In this document: piece after piece, positions 26,801-46,351 of the stretch
Layout: each line of letters begins with the position of its first letter
How positions within the stretch are numbered: position 1 is the stretch's first letter
NCBI RefSeq assembly: GCF_964355755.1
Contig: NC_092675.1
Span: 21,858,912-21,922,911 of the forward strand
Source of the DNA: Antedon mediterranea
Lineage: Eukaryota > Animalia > Echinodermata
Length of the DNA: 64,000 bases
Direction: 5' to 3'
The notes under the pieces: model-generated
Databases searched by the model: none
What the model saw: the letters and a program-made list of their open reading frames with translations, nothing else
What the model was told of the DNA's origin: nothing
Made by a program: the position numbers and the translations under genes

Positions 26801-27392
26801 TGTTATTTTTGCAAATTTGCCATAATGTACTTGATTCTACATGCAAAAAAATGCAGTGAAAACAATATTTTGGAATAAAATCTTTATTTTTCACACATTA
26901 CAACCATTTTTAGACTATTATAAATTTATGAATTTTAAAATTAATTACAATAAATAATCAACATACTATAAAATTAAACTCTCGAAATACAAAGGAAATA
27001 AGTTTTTAAATATTATGTCTTCGCTCAAAAGATTTAAATAAGGGAAAATTTAAAATACATTCAATGTAATAGTACTTCACTATCCTAAATTATTAATTTT
27101 ATCTATCTATATAAAATTTATAAAGAAATACTACTTAGCCTAAACAGGGAAACTTCTACAAAAATATATGAAATAGTGTGCGTCAAAGTAAAGCCATAAT
27201 TTTTTTTTTTTTCCAGAGCCAAATATATTAAATAGGAACTACTACATTTACATTCATATAGTAACAATCCTTAAGCACACTATTATAGATTTTATTTATT
27301 TGAGGAGTGTATACCCAAACTACCAATTTAGAATGAATCTATCAAACAGTTTTCATAGATGACAGCACACATCACATATCTTTAGGTACAAT

Positions 27393-27632
27393 GGCGGTAT
27401 TCACCATTCACACTTATGCTAAAAAAGGAAACACAATTTAGAAAAAGGGAATACCACTTGATTGTCATTTTTAAATATATTGACTTAAGTGAAATATTTG
27501 ATTGGTGAATACTGCTGAGTAGTGGCCATATTGACCAATAACATTTCATCATCATATTTAACTTAAGTCAATAATTATTTTATATTTTTTTAATTTTAGG
27601 AGTTTTTTAAAAGCGTGAATGGTGAATAACTA
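27393..27632. mobile_element. small degenerate MITE downstream of the PGM1 stop
   Basis: TATTCACCATTCAC...GTGAATGGTGAATA termini with inner inverted pair TATTGACTTAAGT / ACTTAAGTCAATA. Confidence 0.55.
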
Positions 27633-27777
27633 TAAGCACTAAACAGTTCTTTCCTCATAATACTGTGGTAAAGGCAGAATTTGAACATAGAATTCTGGTA
27701 TTATTAAACCAGGTTAGTTTAAGTTAAGTTGTTAATTACTAAATTGTAGTGCTCTTGATACTATGAAATATGTATCA

Positions 27778-34102
<6,325 letters not shown>

Positions 34103-34553
34103 GATTCTAAAACAACCAAACTAAATACTACTTTAGCATACACACAACCGGACCAGGGTCTTTAATTCCAGGCTGCAAGTGCTGGATGGTCAATTATATT
34201 TATTTTAGACGATTCCATTTCTTTTGAGTAATAATCAAATTTATATATAGAAAATACAAGTATGATTACATAAACTATCCTGTATACATTCATTTGGAAA
34301 AGTATATCAGTTAATATTTATTTTTTTTCAAAATCAAAATCAAGAAAATGGATATTACAATGGTTTTTTTAGAAAGCGTAAACCACTTCCCCCTATTTAC
34401 TAATGGACTTTTCCGTAAACGCACTTTGACCACCAATGATCGACCACATTCACACAACACAACCAACCAACCACACACTCAATGTCATCAGCTGTTACAC
34501 AGCCTAGAGGTAGTATAGTACGGTAGTAGGCCGGCCTAGAATAACATCTCGTG
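34103..34553. promoter_or_regulatory. 451-bp bidirectional promoter PGM1/SLC38A9
   Basis: Start codons at 34102(-) and 34554(+); CCAAT near 34432. Confidence 0.65.
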
Positions 34554-37500
34554 ATGTCGTTGGATTCAAGATTAAAGCCGGGAAAGGGGATAATTAATAG
34601 TGATGAAGAAGACATTCAGCCACTCGTCAATGGACAACTCAACGAGGATGTCTTACCTCAGGCGTAAGCATACTAGCCAGTGTATAAATCCAATTATGAC
34701 TAGGCCTAGGCCTAGCCTCTCTACTAGCTAGGCTAGTAGGCCTTGCTTCTTTCCAGATTTAGTTCAAGGTTATCTATTACGTAATCATGTGCCTACCAAC
34801 CTCCAACCATGTTTTGGTCGGTTCGTACCCATAAATCAAAAGTCATGTTATTTTATACGTTCCTATATTTCCACATATTAAAATTAATTTATTTGTTATT
34901 AAGTTATAGACAATGACATTCATTAAAAGTCAATCCCAACCATCATTAATAATAATGATTTACTCTTGTCTTCTTGGCTACTACTACTACTACTACTACT
35001 ACTGGACTACTACTACTAGACTACTACTACTACTACTAGACTGTACTGCCTTCAATTATTATTAATATAAATCTTGCTTTTTCACAATCAAGGACAAGTC
35101 ATATCTCAGAATCGGATGGCCATCAAAGAACGCGACCATAGTTTTCATGTTTAAAAAAAAAACTAGGCCCTAATAATACTTTATAATATTATATTTAAAG
35201 GCCTGCAAGTTATAGTAAGTATGAAGAGAGACGACGATCCAGTGTTTTGGATACAATGGACCCAAACAGGAAAAGGTAAACATATGATTGTCAGTGTATG
35301 TCATAGATAAATTATAAAAAGTATTTTATTAATTAAACGATTTGATTACAATGTTACATTAATTTTGATTTATCGATTATTAATGCTGATCTATGTTTTT
35401 ATATATATTTATATCTGTATTTTATTGTTAACCGTTTTTGTTGTTGTATTGTTTTATGTTTTAAACCGGTTAGTGGCGGTATTTATGGCTGTTGGTTTTG
35501 ATTGAATGAAATAAAAAATAAAATTAATTTAAATTTTTCTAGAAAACCTTTTCATCATTCTAACATGCCTTCTTCGATAACTGATTCTGGTAAAGTAGAA
35601 AATATAGCAGATTCAGAAACAGTGGCAAATTACAGTAGATTAAAGTATTATTCACGATTAATGCCTCCTGCAGATGATCGTTTGGTAAGTTAAACAGGGC
35701 TTTATATTATTCTTTAAAAAGCATTGTGTTATTATACACATGCAATATCCATCAAAATATCTTAAAATCAAAAACAATTGGTGTGTTGCAATATAACACA
35801 TTTTAAGTAACATGTTCATGACACATTATAATGAAATCCAAATAAGGTATTATCATAATGGTCACAAATATCCTTTTGTGAAATGATGTAAATAACATAA
35901 TCAAATTATTTCACATTTTCTTGAATGTACTACTCAAATGAATGATCCATATGATATCAGATTTATCAAAGTTCAAAGTTACCTTTACTTTCAGTTTATA
36001 GTTGTTAACAAATCTGTCTACACTATTAAACTTTATGGGACAAAACATGTGATGTGCCCATATTATGGACATGATGATGTCATATCACTACTTTATTTGG
36101 GAATATCACTATAGTACCATATTTGGGCACATAGTGTAGACAGAGCTTACGACAATTGAATTCATGGTAATTAAAAGTACAAATGAAGATTAACAATATC
36201 TTAAGTAATAAAAGTAATGTTTTGTGTGACAAGTTTGGAACGGGTATACATTTTGAAGAGTGTGTTTGAGGCCTAAACATTTGCATTGTGTTGTGTCATT
36301 GAACCATCATTTATAATAGATATATTGATAACAAATGCGCGTATTTCATAATTTATGATCCTTGGTATTGAATACTGTTATGCAATGTGTAGATTGGAAG
36401 GTATAATAAAGTTGTAGAGCTATTCAAGTTAATATTTTTTAATTTAAATACATTTATCATTCACAATCAGTAGTCTAAATTGGTGCTGTATGTTCTCATT
36501 TTTTTATTTTACACTTTTTGCAGTTATAAATCAATTTTTATATTTTTTATTTTACTAGAGGGTTCCTGATCATGTTTTACCCTTCTATATGTTCAGCCTG
36601 ACGTCACCTTTTGGAATTAAAAAGGATGAGCAAGGAAAGCAGGGAAGCATTGTTACAATGTAAGCATTGTCAACTGTTTTGTTATACCAGATTCTCTCAG
36701 GGGAATTGACTGCACAGTTTTGTTAATTCCTATACAATAGCATCCTTAGTTTCTAAACTAATTCCTCCATGGTGTAAATTATCCTCTCATTAAGAGCTAA
36801 AATATTGGTGTTTTTTATGTTATCATCCAGTAAATCCATCGTTCTTTTAAAAGGTTATGCCATCTGCCAACCATCACAAAACTAATTTTATGATGAAAAT
36901 ATATGGTATATGTTACAGACTTTAGTTATGAGTCTGAGTGGGGAACCCCCTAAAAAGAATGCAGCTATCTTAATTGCATGAAGACATCAACAAGGATGCA
37001 TACTGTTTATGTATAATAATATAATTGTTTAAAAGATGTGTAATATATGATTCTTGTGTGTAAACAATGGAGCTTTTGTTTTCATGACACGCTACTAGAC
37101 TACACTGCTGTCAAGTAAAAATGAAATTCTGAACAAGCTTAGAGTTTCACTGTATTATATTTTGAACTTGAACAAACGCCTACATTTTCAAACCATGTAA
37201 AGTGTGTTGAATAAATTAAAAACAAATAAAATGGCACATCATGAAAATGAAAGCTTCATATTGGATTAAAATTTGAACTGGGAAAGTTTAAGAAGGGTTG
37301 CTTATTTGAACTATTATTCGGGTATTCTGGTATAATGATTATGTTCCTAAGTTGTGTTCCATTTTTATTATACTGCAGATTTTCTATATGGAACACAATG
37401 ATGGGAACATCACTTCTAAGTATGCCATGGGCTATTCAACAGTCTGGGTTTGCTTGTGGGGTTGTGTTGTTGATTGTAATGGCAGGCCTAGCTCTTTACA

Positions 37501-40500
37501 CCTGCTATCGTGTTATTGAAGCTGTCCGATCTCTTGGTATGTACTTTAAATAAGTAACTTAATAATATTTGTAATGTGTTCTTTCTAAACAAAAATATAT
37601 GCTCTCACAAATTAAAATTCAACCAAATAGACAACACCAATTAGAGTATGCTACTGTTGAATACCAAAGTAACATTGGGTGTTTCCTATCATCACAGTTT
37701 GAATACGTTTTCTAAAGTTTATTGTATAAAGAATAACAAAACTGTAAAATAGTAATAATTTTTCTATAGTTGATCAAAGCGCTTCACATAAAATAATAAA
37801 AAAGTATAAAAAGAAAATAGAATTTGGCTTAGATTACTCAATGAATGCAGACTTAATTTTTGTGGTACAGTAATTGATTGAACAAACAAGGACCAAATTT
37901 AGAGAAAGGACTTCTGTGAGTGAAAACAATTCAATTTGTCATGCATGACTAATTCTTAAGGAAACATAGTACCGTATGTACAACCAACTAATTTTCAACA
38001 CGAATGCGGAATGTATTGCGACATATCAGAGCGATTATTGGCCAAAGTGTGCATAGACTTTCAACTAATTTTGACTTATATTTATACTTCAGAACAGTCA
38101 AATCCAGGCCAAATTATGGAGTTCTCCGATGCATGTCGACAGTACTTAGGTCGATGGGGATTATATGGCAGTGTAGTGTTTTCACTGTCAGCTTTGATTG
38201 GTGCTATGATTGTTTACTGGGTACTTATGACCAACTTCTTATACAGCTCAGTCTATTTTATATACGGTATGTATCAAGTATTATAAGAATTATTTATTAT
38301 TACGATCAACAAAGGTCAAATCACAATGAACTAAACTTATAGAAGGACCAACTGCAAACGTTTTCAACCATGTTTTGTACAACGATACATAGACATGAAA
38401 TTTATAAATCACTGTAGAGTAAAAAGCAAGTCAATTCAAAATAAACATTTGTTTCTAAATTCTTAGGTTGAATATGGAAAAGGGAAAAGCAGCCAATAGT
38501 AGTAGGCTCAGAAACTCATGATAAAACTCTTATAATAAACAACAATCAAAAGTATTTTATACATGTGATCAACAATTTATAGTAAATTAAGAATATATTA
38601 TTTATTACATTATTGTCATTTGGTTAGGGGATGCAACAAAATCTCTTCCTAAAGATGCAGATATAATTGGTTCTCATTGTCCAATCATATGCCATAAGGA
38701 TAATGGAAACACAAGCAATAGTACCGATGAACCAGGTAAGTATGACATTAAGATGTGTCGACAGTTAGGTACAGGTTAATAAGCTGAACACAATACACAC
38801 ATTTCCATTGCATTACATCGATTTTACAGTAAGTAACATCGAAAATCAGCACATGAAAGTTGGCTTTAAAATATTAAATAATTACACTATTTGTTTTATA
38901 ATATATTTACAGTATTTATTATACCATCTTTTTCCAACAGCCACAATGTTTGACAAAGTATGGAGTGAAACGGATACAGTACCCTTGTACCTCTTAATTA
39001 TAATTTTTCCACTTATCAACTTTAAATCGCCAACATTCTTTACAAAATTCAATGCTCTTGGTAAGTTTTAATTTCTTTCTGTAATTATTCTTGATGTTTG
39101 GTTTGATAATAATATTCATCCTCAATTATATTAGGTCCTCTACAGACCCACCCAGCCACAGTGCAGCACCTGATAAATAAACCAGTACACCAGGGTATCA
39201 AACACCCAACTCTTATCAAAGATGCACTGGTTTAAAGTGCACATGAGCCAGATGTGTATACTGGACCTCAATTTTTAAGTCCTCCGAGAAGACTTGCTCT
39301 ACCAAAAATATGGTCGAGGAGAACTTTTACCTGCTTGGCCACTCAACTCAATGTATTATGTGCAACAGGGATTTCTGTATGCCTTCATGTATGTTATGAG
39401 TTCAGAAGGCAATTTCTGAAGAGCTATTATTTTAAAATTTAGATTCAAAGTCATAACTATCTGATAAATTGCAAAGGTAAATACTATTTTTAATAGCTTT
39501 GTCCATTATTTTTCTTTAAAGGGACGATGTCTGTATTATTTCTATTTGTCTTTGTGATTGTCAAAGCAGCGTGTTGGGGAATACATTTTAATACTGTAGA
39601 CTATGATGTTAAATGTAAGTTGAAATTCCAACCATTGAAATAAACAAGTAGTCATTGAATTCTCCTACTCTCTACAAATGAAATATTCCCACTATTACAT
39701 TAACATGACTTATTGCTTAAACTTGGTCCCCACTAAGACATCGCAAGTAATTTAACCAATCACGCTGCGATGGATCATTTGAACTGAACTCACTTATGTT
39801 GTACATTTGCCTTTTTGTTGTGGAACCAAGCTTTACCTGGGAGATTCTGTTACATCTTGCATCCGGGATACTTTACATTTTATTATTTGTCTGCAGCATT
39901 TATTCACCTGCAACACTTATTCAAATGCGGCACTTTGTTTAACTGCAGAACCTATTTAACTCTTATTATTCAGCTGCAGTACTTAGTTGATTGTAGAAAT
40001 TTTTTCTTTTTGACTCATCTATCATCACCATATACACATTTATTCAGTTGTTATGACAACAATTGGGGCCCGTGCAAGAAGCAAGAGCTTGTCTCATGAG
40101 GGTCCCTATAATACAAATATGCAGAAATACATAATACTGTATAAAACAATAATATAAGTCAAAAACGACACAAGGATTTATTCAGCTCTGGCACTTATTT
40201 GGCATCAGAACTTTACGGACTGCAGCTCTTTTTTGGCTACCTCAGTTATTTAGGATTGTGTTATTGCCTGTTCGAAACTATTAGACCAAATTGTATTTAA
40301 ACATTTAATTTATGATTCTGAAATGTGTACATTTAACAAAGTGTGTGAAACTTTGTTTGTATTCAAATATAATTATTTTAAGGTGGTGTCCAGTCAACAA
40401 AGCAATTTTTTCCAATGTATGTTTATTTATGTTAATTGTTTTATCTCCCGTTTCTATAAAATTTAAACATATAAGATTTTTCGTGGCATTTCCCTTCCTT

Positions 40501-43500
40501 TTCTGGAATACTTGCACTTGGTTATTTCATCCACAACGCTGTTACATCTATTATGAGGAATCAAGTGAACCCAAAGAACAATGTAAGCTGCAGTGTGTGT
40601 TTTCAATTCAGTATTCAGTTCTCTTTAGTATTGCTTATTTCACTTGGTTTACATGTAGCACTAGATTAATATTCATTAACTGTCGTCCTTTTATAATTAA
40701 CTTTTGTATTTTTTGCATGGGTTTATGTCTTCTTGTTGGGTGTTGGTTATATGTAAATTATCTATATTTTCTATGATTATAATTTCTCTAATACATTCAA
40801 CTCTCCCAATACTGGACATCATAATTTGTTTTTTTTTTAATATTTAAAATATAAACTGTTCAAAAAATGTTGCTATAAAGTTACAAAGTGAACATACTGT
40901 AACTATGCAAAAATAATATAATACAAATTGTCAGAATAAATGTTTATGTTGAAATAATTTCAATGCAATAAAAGTGAGACGAGCCACAAAAGACGAAAAC
41001 ATAAATAATGTGTTTTTAGCAGTAATTTTCTATGCAAGGAAACTCTTTACATTTATTTATTTTACCTATTTGTTTTTTCTATGGTTCTGGATAGCTACAC
41101 AAGAGCAAATTTCTTTTTTATGTCTTCCCATTTCTATTTCAATTTTTTTTTTACTCATTCTGTGTAAGTTATACCTTCAATTTATTTCATTTGTATTTTC
41201 AAAATTGCACCATCTTTAAAGTACATTTGTAAATAAAACATTTATATTGTAAAATAAAAAGCTTGTTCACTTTACTAAAATGTAGGATTTATCATTTTGC
41301 TTATTTATTTTTCTATTTATTTAATTGTTATATCCAGTAACTATTATTAAACCACAATGTTGTTGTTTTGTCCATAATTTGTTTTTAATAATAATAATAC
41401 ATTTAAAAAAATATTTTATCATTTTCCATAACTGATCTAATAGGCCCAATATCGAATAAAAATCAAAGTAAAGCATACTTATTTCTTGAAGCTTATTTCT
41501 AAGAGTGATTTAAAGTTGATATAAAGTATGCGGTACATCATGTATATATAGTTCTGAAAAGAACTGTTGAGGTGTTCATTTCAGAACTTTATATAAGTGG
41601 TGTACCGCAAACTGTATATCAACATTTTATTTCACCATAAAATCTTCAAACAATTTATGATGTAAGTTGTCAAATTTTACTTCCTTATAATAATATATAA
41701 TAATTCTCACTCTCATTCTCACTCCTGAGGACGATCAAAGCATATTGATCGAAACGTCAAGAATCTCAACAGTTCTTTTCAGAACTAATATACGTTGTGT
41801 ACCGCAAACCTTATATCAACATGTAATAATGTTAAGCATAACATTTCAAATAAGTTTTGTTTAGATCAGTTATGGTATTAAAATAATGTTTTAATTCTTC
41901 GTTTGCATGTGCACTATGTTTTGTTATGTTATGTAGTGTTCCAGATACAATTTCCCGCCCTTACTGGGATTCTGTCTCTTGGTTATTTTATACACAACTG
42001 TGTCTCATCGATAATGAGAAACCAGAGACATCCAGAGAACAATGTAAGTAGATCAATATAAATGCATGCTGCATGTAAATTCATACTATGTGTAAATGCA
42101 TGCTTGTATGCATGCTAGTTGCTAATACATGTAATCATCCATGTTATAGGTGCTTTCAGGCTTATGTATTTGCCTAGAAGTTGACTTCGTAGATCAATTA
42201 TTGTTAATTTTGGCGAGTAATTAACCAGCAAAGATTGAGTGTAATTTCACTCTTCCCTAAAATAACTAAGCCTGAACTCGCCCATACTGGATGCTAGATA
42301 CTGTTTGCAAATTGGCATGCATATTTCATTGGCTCATTTTGTTATGTATTATTTTCAACCATCCATTTGATTTTCTGTCACATGTTCAAAACCAACCAGT
42401 TAGTGATCGGATCAGTAGTATTAATCGGAGCACTGCCTTTCTGATTGGCTTAGCCTCGTGTCTTTGATTACCCTTGAAATTGATTCATTTCCAGCATTGG
42501 CAATAACAACTTTTTATCTTTGGTATCGTCTATCTTCTACTGCTTCGGTGGGCTTAATGATGAATGACATACCAAGAAAATCAAGCAACAGGTCTTCTGA
42601 GTATTTCTACAATATAATCAGCATTGTGATACTTTCTGCAACTATTCCAATTTCTGAATTGTGTCAGAAGGTATCGCTATGCTGTTTTGTACTGTAGGCA
42701 TTTCTTGGTGTTTTGCTATTGAAAAGTCCTCATAATCTTACACACCACCATTAACAAACTAACTACAGTACTAACAATATAAGCACCATCATAGCTCTGG
42801 GGAATTTATTTTAAATCTATTAGGGCTGTATTGACATCCTGTATCATCATCGGTAGCCAGTAATGTTATTTTATTTATAATAATATTCTAATATTAATGT
42901 GATTTACACTCACCATTTCACTTAAAAATATATTTAGCATAATTAGCTCTAGTACCTATGAATTTTCTACAAATATGCACAAACATACGATATATTTATT
43001 TTTTGAAAATGATGACAATGTTCAGAAGAAAGCCTAAACACTAATTATTATTATTAGTAGTAGTAATAGTATCGATGCAGAGTGTTTCTATCTTTTTTTG
43101 GTGTTATTCTTTTTGTTGATGTTTTTATATGGTGTTTTTATTACGAATGTAACGGGGAGCTGAGTTTTATATTTATTATGTGAGAATAAAATATATCTAT
43201 TTCTATGATAATATTCAATTAGTGAGATTATCTTCTTGTATTATATTCATATATTTAACACTTTTTTATTCTATTTAGAAAAGAGACTTAACAATAGCAT
43301 ATATACTTGTGGCAGTTACCTATACGTTTGTTGGTGTTGTCTTCTACATTACATTTCCAAGTTCAAAAAATTGTATAGAAGATGTAAGTTTTTACGTTTT
43401 ATTTAATCATTTTGAAGAATTATTTTTCATATTTCGTTTACTGTGAGATAGCACAATAGTAAATAACCAGACTTGTATATGTAGGAACAAATTGACAAAA

Positions 43501-45424
43501 TAGTACCTTTACTGTATCAACCCCTAAATAATCAACCTCCTAATTGTAATTGAACCTATTTTACCCATCCTCATTGAATACTATTACTACTTAAGCTAAG
43601 CATGTCTAGTACTATTTATTTCTATCCTTATACAAATACTTTTTAATCTGCTACTGTTGCTGTCTTATATGCATACTTATTGGTCAGTACAGAAGCTATA
43701 ACTATCATTTCATTCTTTTTATTACAGAATTTATTGAAGAACTTTCCACATGATGACGTGCTATCGTTTGCAGCGAGATTGTTTTTATTGTTCCAAATGG
43801 TATCATTATTCCCTCTGCTCATGTACATCATGAGGGTACAAGTAATGCATCAATTTTTTGGTGAGATTTATCCAAGGTAAGAATAGAAATAGGGGCTAAG
43901 ATGAACTAAAGTAACTGCTTACACTACCACAAACCTCCATTGTTAAATTAAGGCTTGTTTTACGACAAGAAATATGGTCGAGCAGAGCTTTGAACATGTG
44001 CCAACTTTATAGCTATGGTTTGTCAATATAAGATCGATGTATTATAATTATTGTTCCTTCAAAAAGATGGCTGACATTGTGGTAGCCCAGATATAAATAG
44101 TAATTCAGACTCAAGCTTAAAAAAAACCAGTCCACTTCCCTCTATACACCATTTATACATTATTAAGAAATTGTTAGTATTTTTAGGAGTTCTAGGTACA
44201 ATGTCACATGGAGCTAGCTTGGCCTGCATGTGCTAGTAGACCTATAGCCCACCACATAACTCCACATGACAACGGATTTAGTAACAAATACGAATAAAAT
44301 GTAGTATCTTCCAAAACAACACTAACCTTTTCTAGGTCCCCTTGCTTTGTTTAAAATTAATAAAATATCTATTAATTTTAGATTAAATTTTTATTATATA
44401 TGATTATGATGGTCTAATTTACCTAGAGAACTTGATTTGTATTAGATTTATTGTGTGGACATCAATCTAAAATAGCGTATAACGTATAACCTTTACATTT
44501 TGTTTCAGTTTCAAGCATGTGGTAGTACTAAATGCAATCCTAGTGTCAATAGCCATTGCATTTGCTGTTTTTTTTCCAAGCATAGGAACTATAATCAGGT
44601 AATATGTTCTAGTATAAATTTATTATTTATATTTGCTTCACATTTCTAATTACTACAAAGTTGCAAAAACTATAATCTTTATCTAGGTTTTAGATCAACA
44701 CAATGGTTGTTCTTCCCATGACCCACTCTGGTTTTCCACTAGATGAATGTATATATACATTTTTTTTCCCCGAATTGAAAGTGTTCACGAATGTGCAGGC
44801 GTATTCATTTTTTCATTAACTTTTTGTGACATGTAGAAAAAATGTGCAACCAATCATAACTCAGATATGTTAGTTGGCGTGTGAATAATATTATCTAATG
44901 GAAAATAAGTTTACAATGAAAATATTAGGTTTTCCAAGCATTATCAATATATTTTATTCTGAAAACATTTAAATATAAATTATTATTATTATTATTATTA
45001 TTATTAATATCATAATTGCTTACTAATTATGATTATCAGTATTACTTAATGATTATTGAGTTTTATCCTTATTGATTTTTTTTATTATCTTATTGCCTAT
45101 TGATTGCCTATAGCTATATTGATTTTTATAATTATTGCTTATTGATTATAATCATTATTGTCTATTGATTATTATCATTATTGCTTACTGATTATTGTTC
45201 TCATTGACAAATAACTACATTTCTAAACCTTTGTTTTTTTCATTCCTTATTTCAGGTTTTCTGGTTCCTTCTGCGGCCTTGCCTATGTATTCACATTGCC
45301 ATCTCTTGTATATTTACTACGATTGAAAGAAAAAAATGCGTTGAAGTCATACATTATAGGCGTTCATGCTGTGGTTATGGCCATAGGACTTGCCAACTTC
45401 ATTGCACAGTTCCTACTTTTATAG
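34554..45424 (+). CDS. SLC38A9: lysosomal amino-acid transporter/mTORC1 arginine sensor SLC38A9
   Basis: Exons 34554-34663, 35201-35275, 35543-35684, 36559-36659, 37379-37536, 38093-38266, 38628-38735, 38941-39060, 39522-39614, [40476-40582 or 41937-42043], 43279-43383, 43728-43876, 44509-44598, 45256-45424. Motifs [45 protein letters not shown]. Confidence 0.95.
34978..35045. repeat. (TAC)n microsatellite
   Basis: Imperfect CTA/TAC run in SLC38A9 intron 1. Confidence 0.85.
36010..36147. mobile_element. Harbinger-like MITE remnant
   Basis: TCTGTCTACACTAT (36013-36026) and ATAGTGTAGACAGA (36131-36144) inverted termini, right flank TTA. Confidence 0.6.
39140..39345 (-). mobile_element. decayed tRNA-type SINE remnant
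   Basis: CACCAGGG...CCAACTCTT...TGCACTGG...GGACCTC...AGTCCTCCGAGAAGAC resembles the reverse strand of marine-invertebrate SINE cores. From recall only. Confidence 0.35.
40476..40582 (+). CDS. SLC38A9: SLC38A9 alternative exon 10A (mutually exclusive)
   Basis: AAG acceptor and GTAAG donor, 107 nt, (Y)[35 protein letters not shown]. Confidence 0.85.
41515..41822. mobile_element. Penelope-like remnant with inverted repeat and degenerate hammerhead (41721-41764, + strand)
   Basis: 41515-41572 is the reverse complement of 41765-41821. Core CTGAGGA-C-GATCAA(agcata)TTGATC-GAAA-CGTC. Confidence 0.6.
41937..42043 (+). CDS. SLC38A9: SLC38A9 alternative exon 10B (mutually exclusive)
   Basis: TAG acceptor and GTAAGT donor, 107 nt, (L)[35 protein letters not shown]. 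Confidence 0.9.
44979..45200. repeat. (TTA)n and degenerate TTATTG low-complexity tract
   Basis: Direct reading of the last SLC38A9 intron. Confidence 0.75.
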
Positions 45425-46351
45425 GACCTAATTTAATATACATTTTGTGCAACAGAACTATTAATAAGAACTAGTAGTAAGGTTAGCAGATGTTGAACTT
45501 CTGACATATTGAAAAATTAAGGTATACTGCCTGTGATGTTATTCAAATAATTTGTAACTCCCTATTTGAATAATAATAATTTAATTAAGAATGTTTTAAT
45601 TTTATTTTTGTTAAATGTATTAATATGACAATTTAAATTGTTTTAGTAAAAGTACAGTATTTGTGGATGCAGTATTAAATTTAGAAAGCGATACATCATC
45701 TAGAATTGTCACTTTGAAAGCTGGGTTTCAACTTTCGAACACTAGTGTTCACATTGCCTTCAACCATGTAATTTCAGTCGACTTCTTTGCCCCTTTTAGA
45801 CTGCCCAGTAAAAACAAATCTATCTCTTGTACCGATACATTTCTTTTTTGTTTAAATCTGATTCAGTAAAATGTGCCTAATGGGCAACATGTTATTTTTC
45901 TTGATTTGTTAAGTGAGTTAGGTGTGGCTAAGCAAACCTGGTAAACTGTTTAAATTGGTCTGCATTTCAGTTTTCTGGGTATAACCAGGTTACAAAACTC
46001 TGGATCAACTTCGCATTTTTTCAGTTTGTATGAAAGGGATGCTATTCAGTTTACACATTTACTTATTAGTTTTCACATTATGTATTCATTCACACTATTC
46101 TTCCATTCCTATAATTGAAATTAAATGTACTGTGTTTGATATTAAAATAATTTTAATTCTAATACTAATTTTTTGCACAATCTTGCATTGTGAGATATTT
46201 TAAATAAAATGTGAGTGAGCAAGTATTTCAGCCAGCACTGTATATCATGTAACTAATATGTAATTATATATTTTAGAATGTTGTATAAATATGTGAATTA
46301 TTAAACACTGTGTAATACCACCATAAGAATGTTGTTACATTTGGTTATTAA

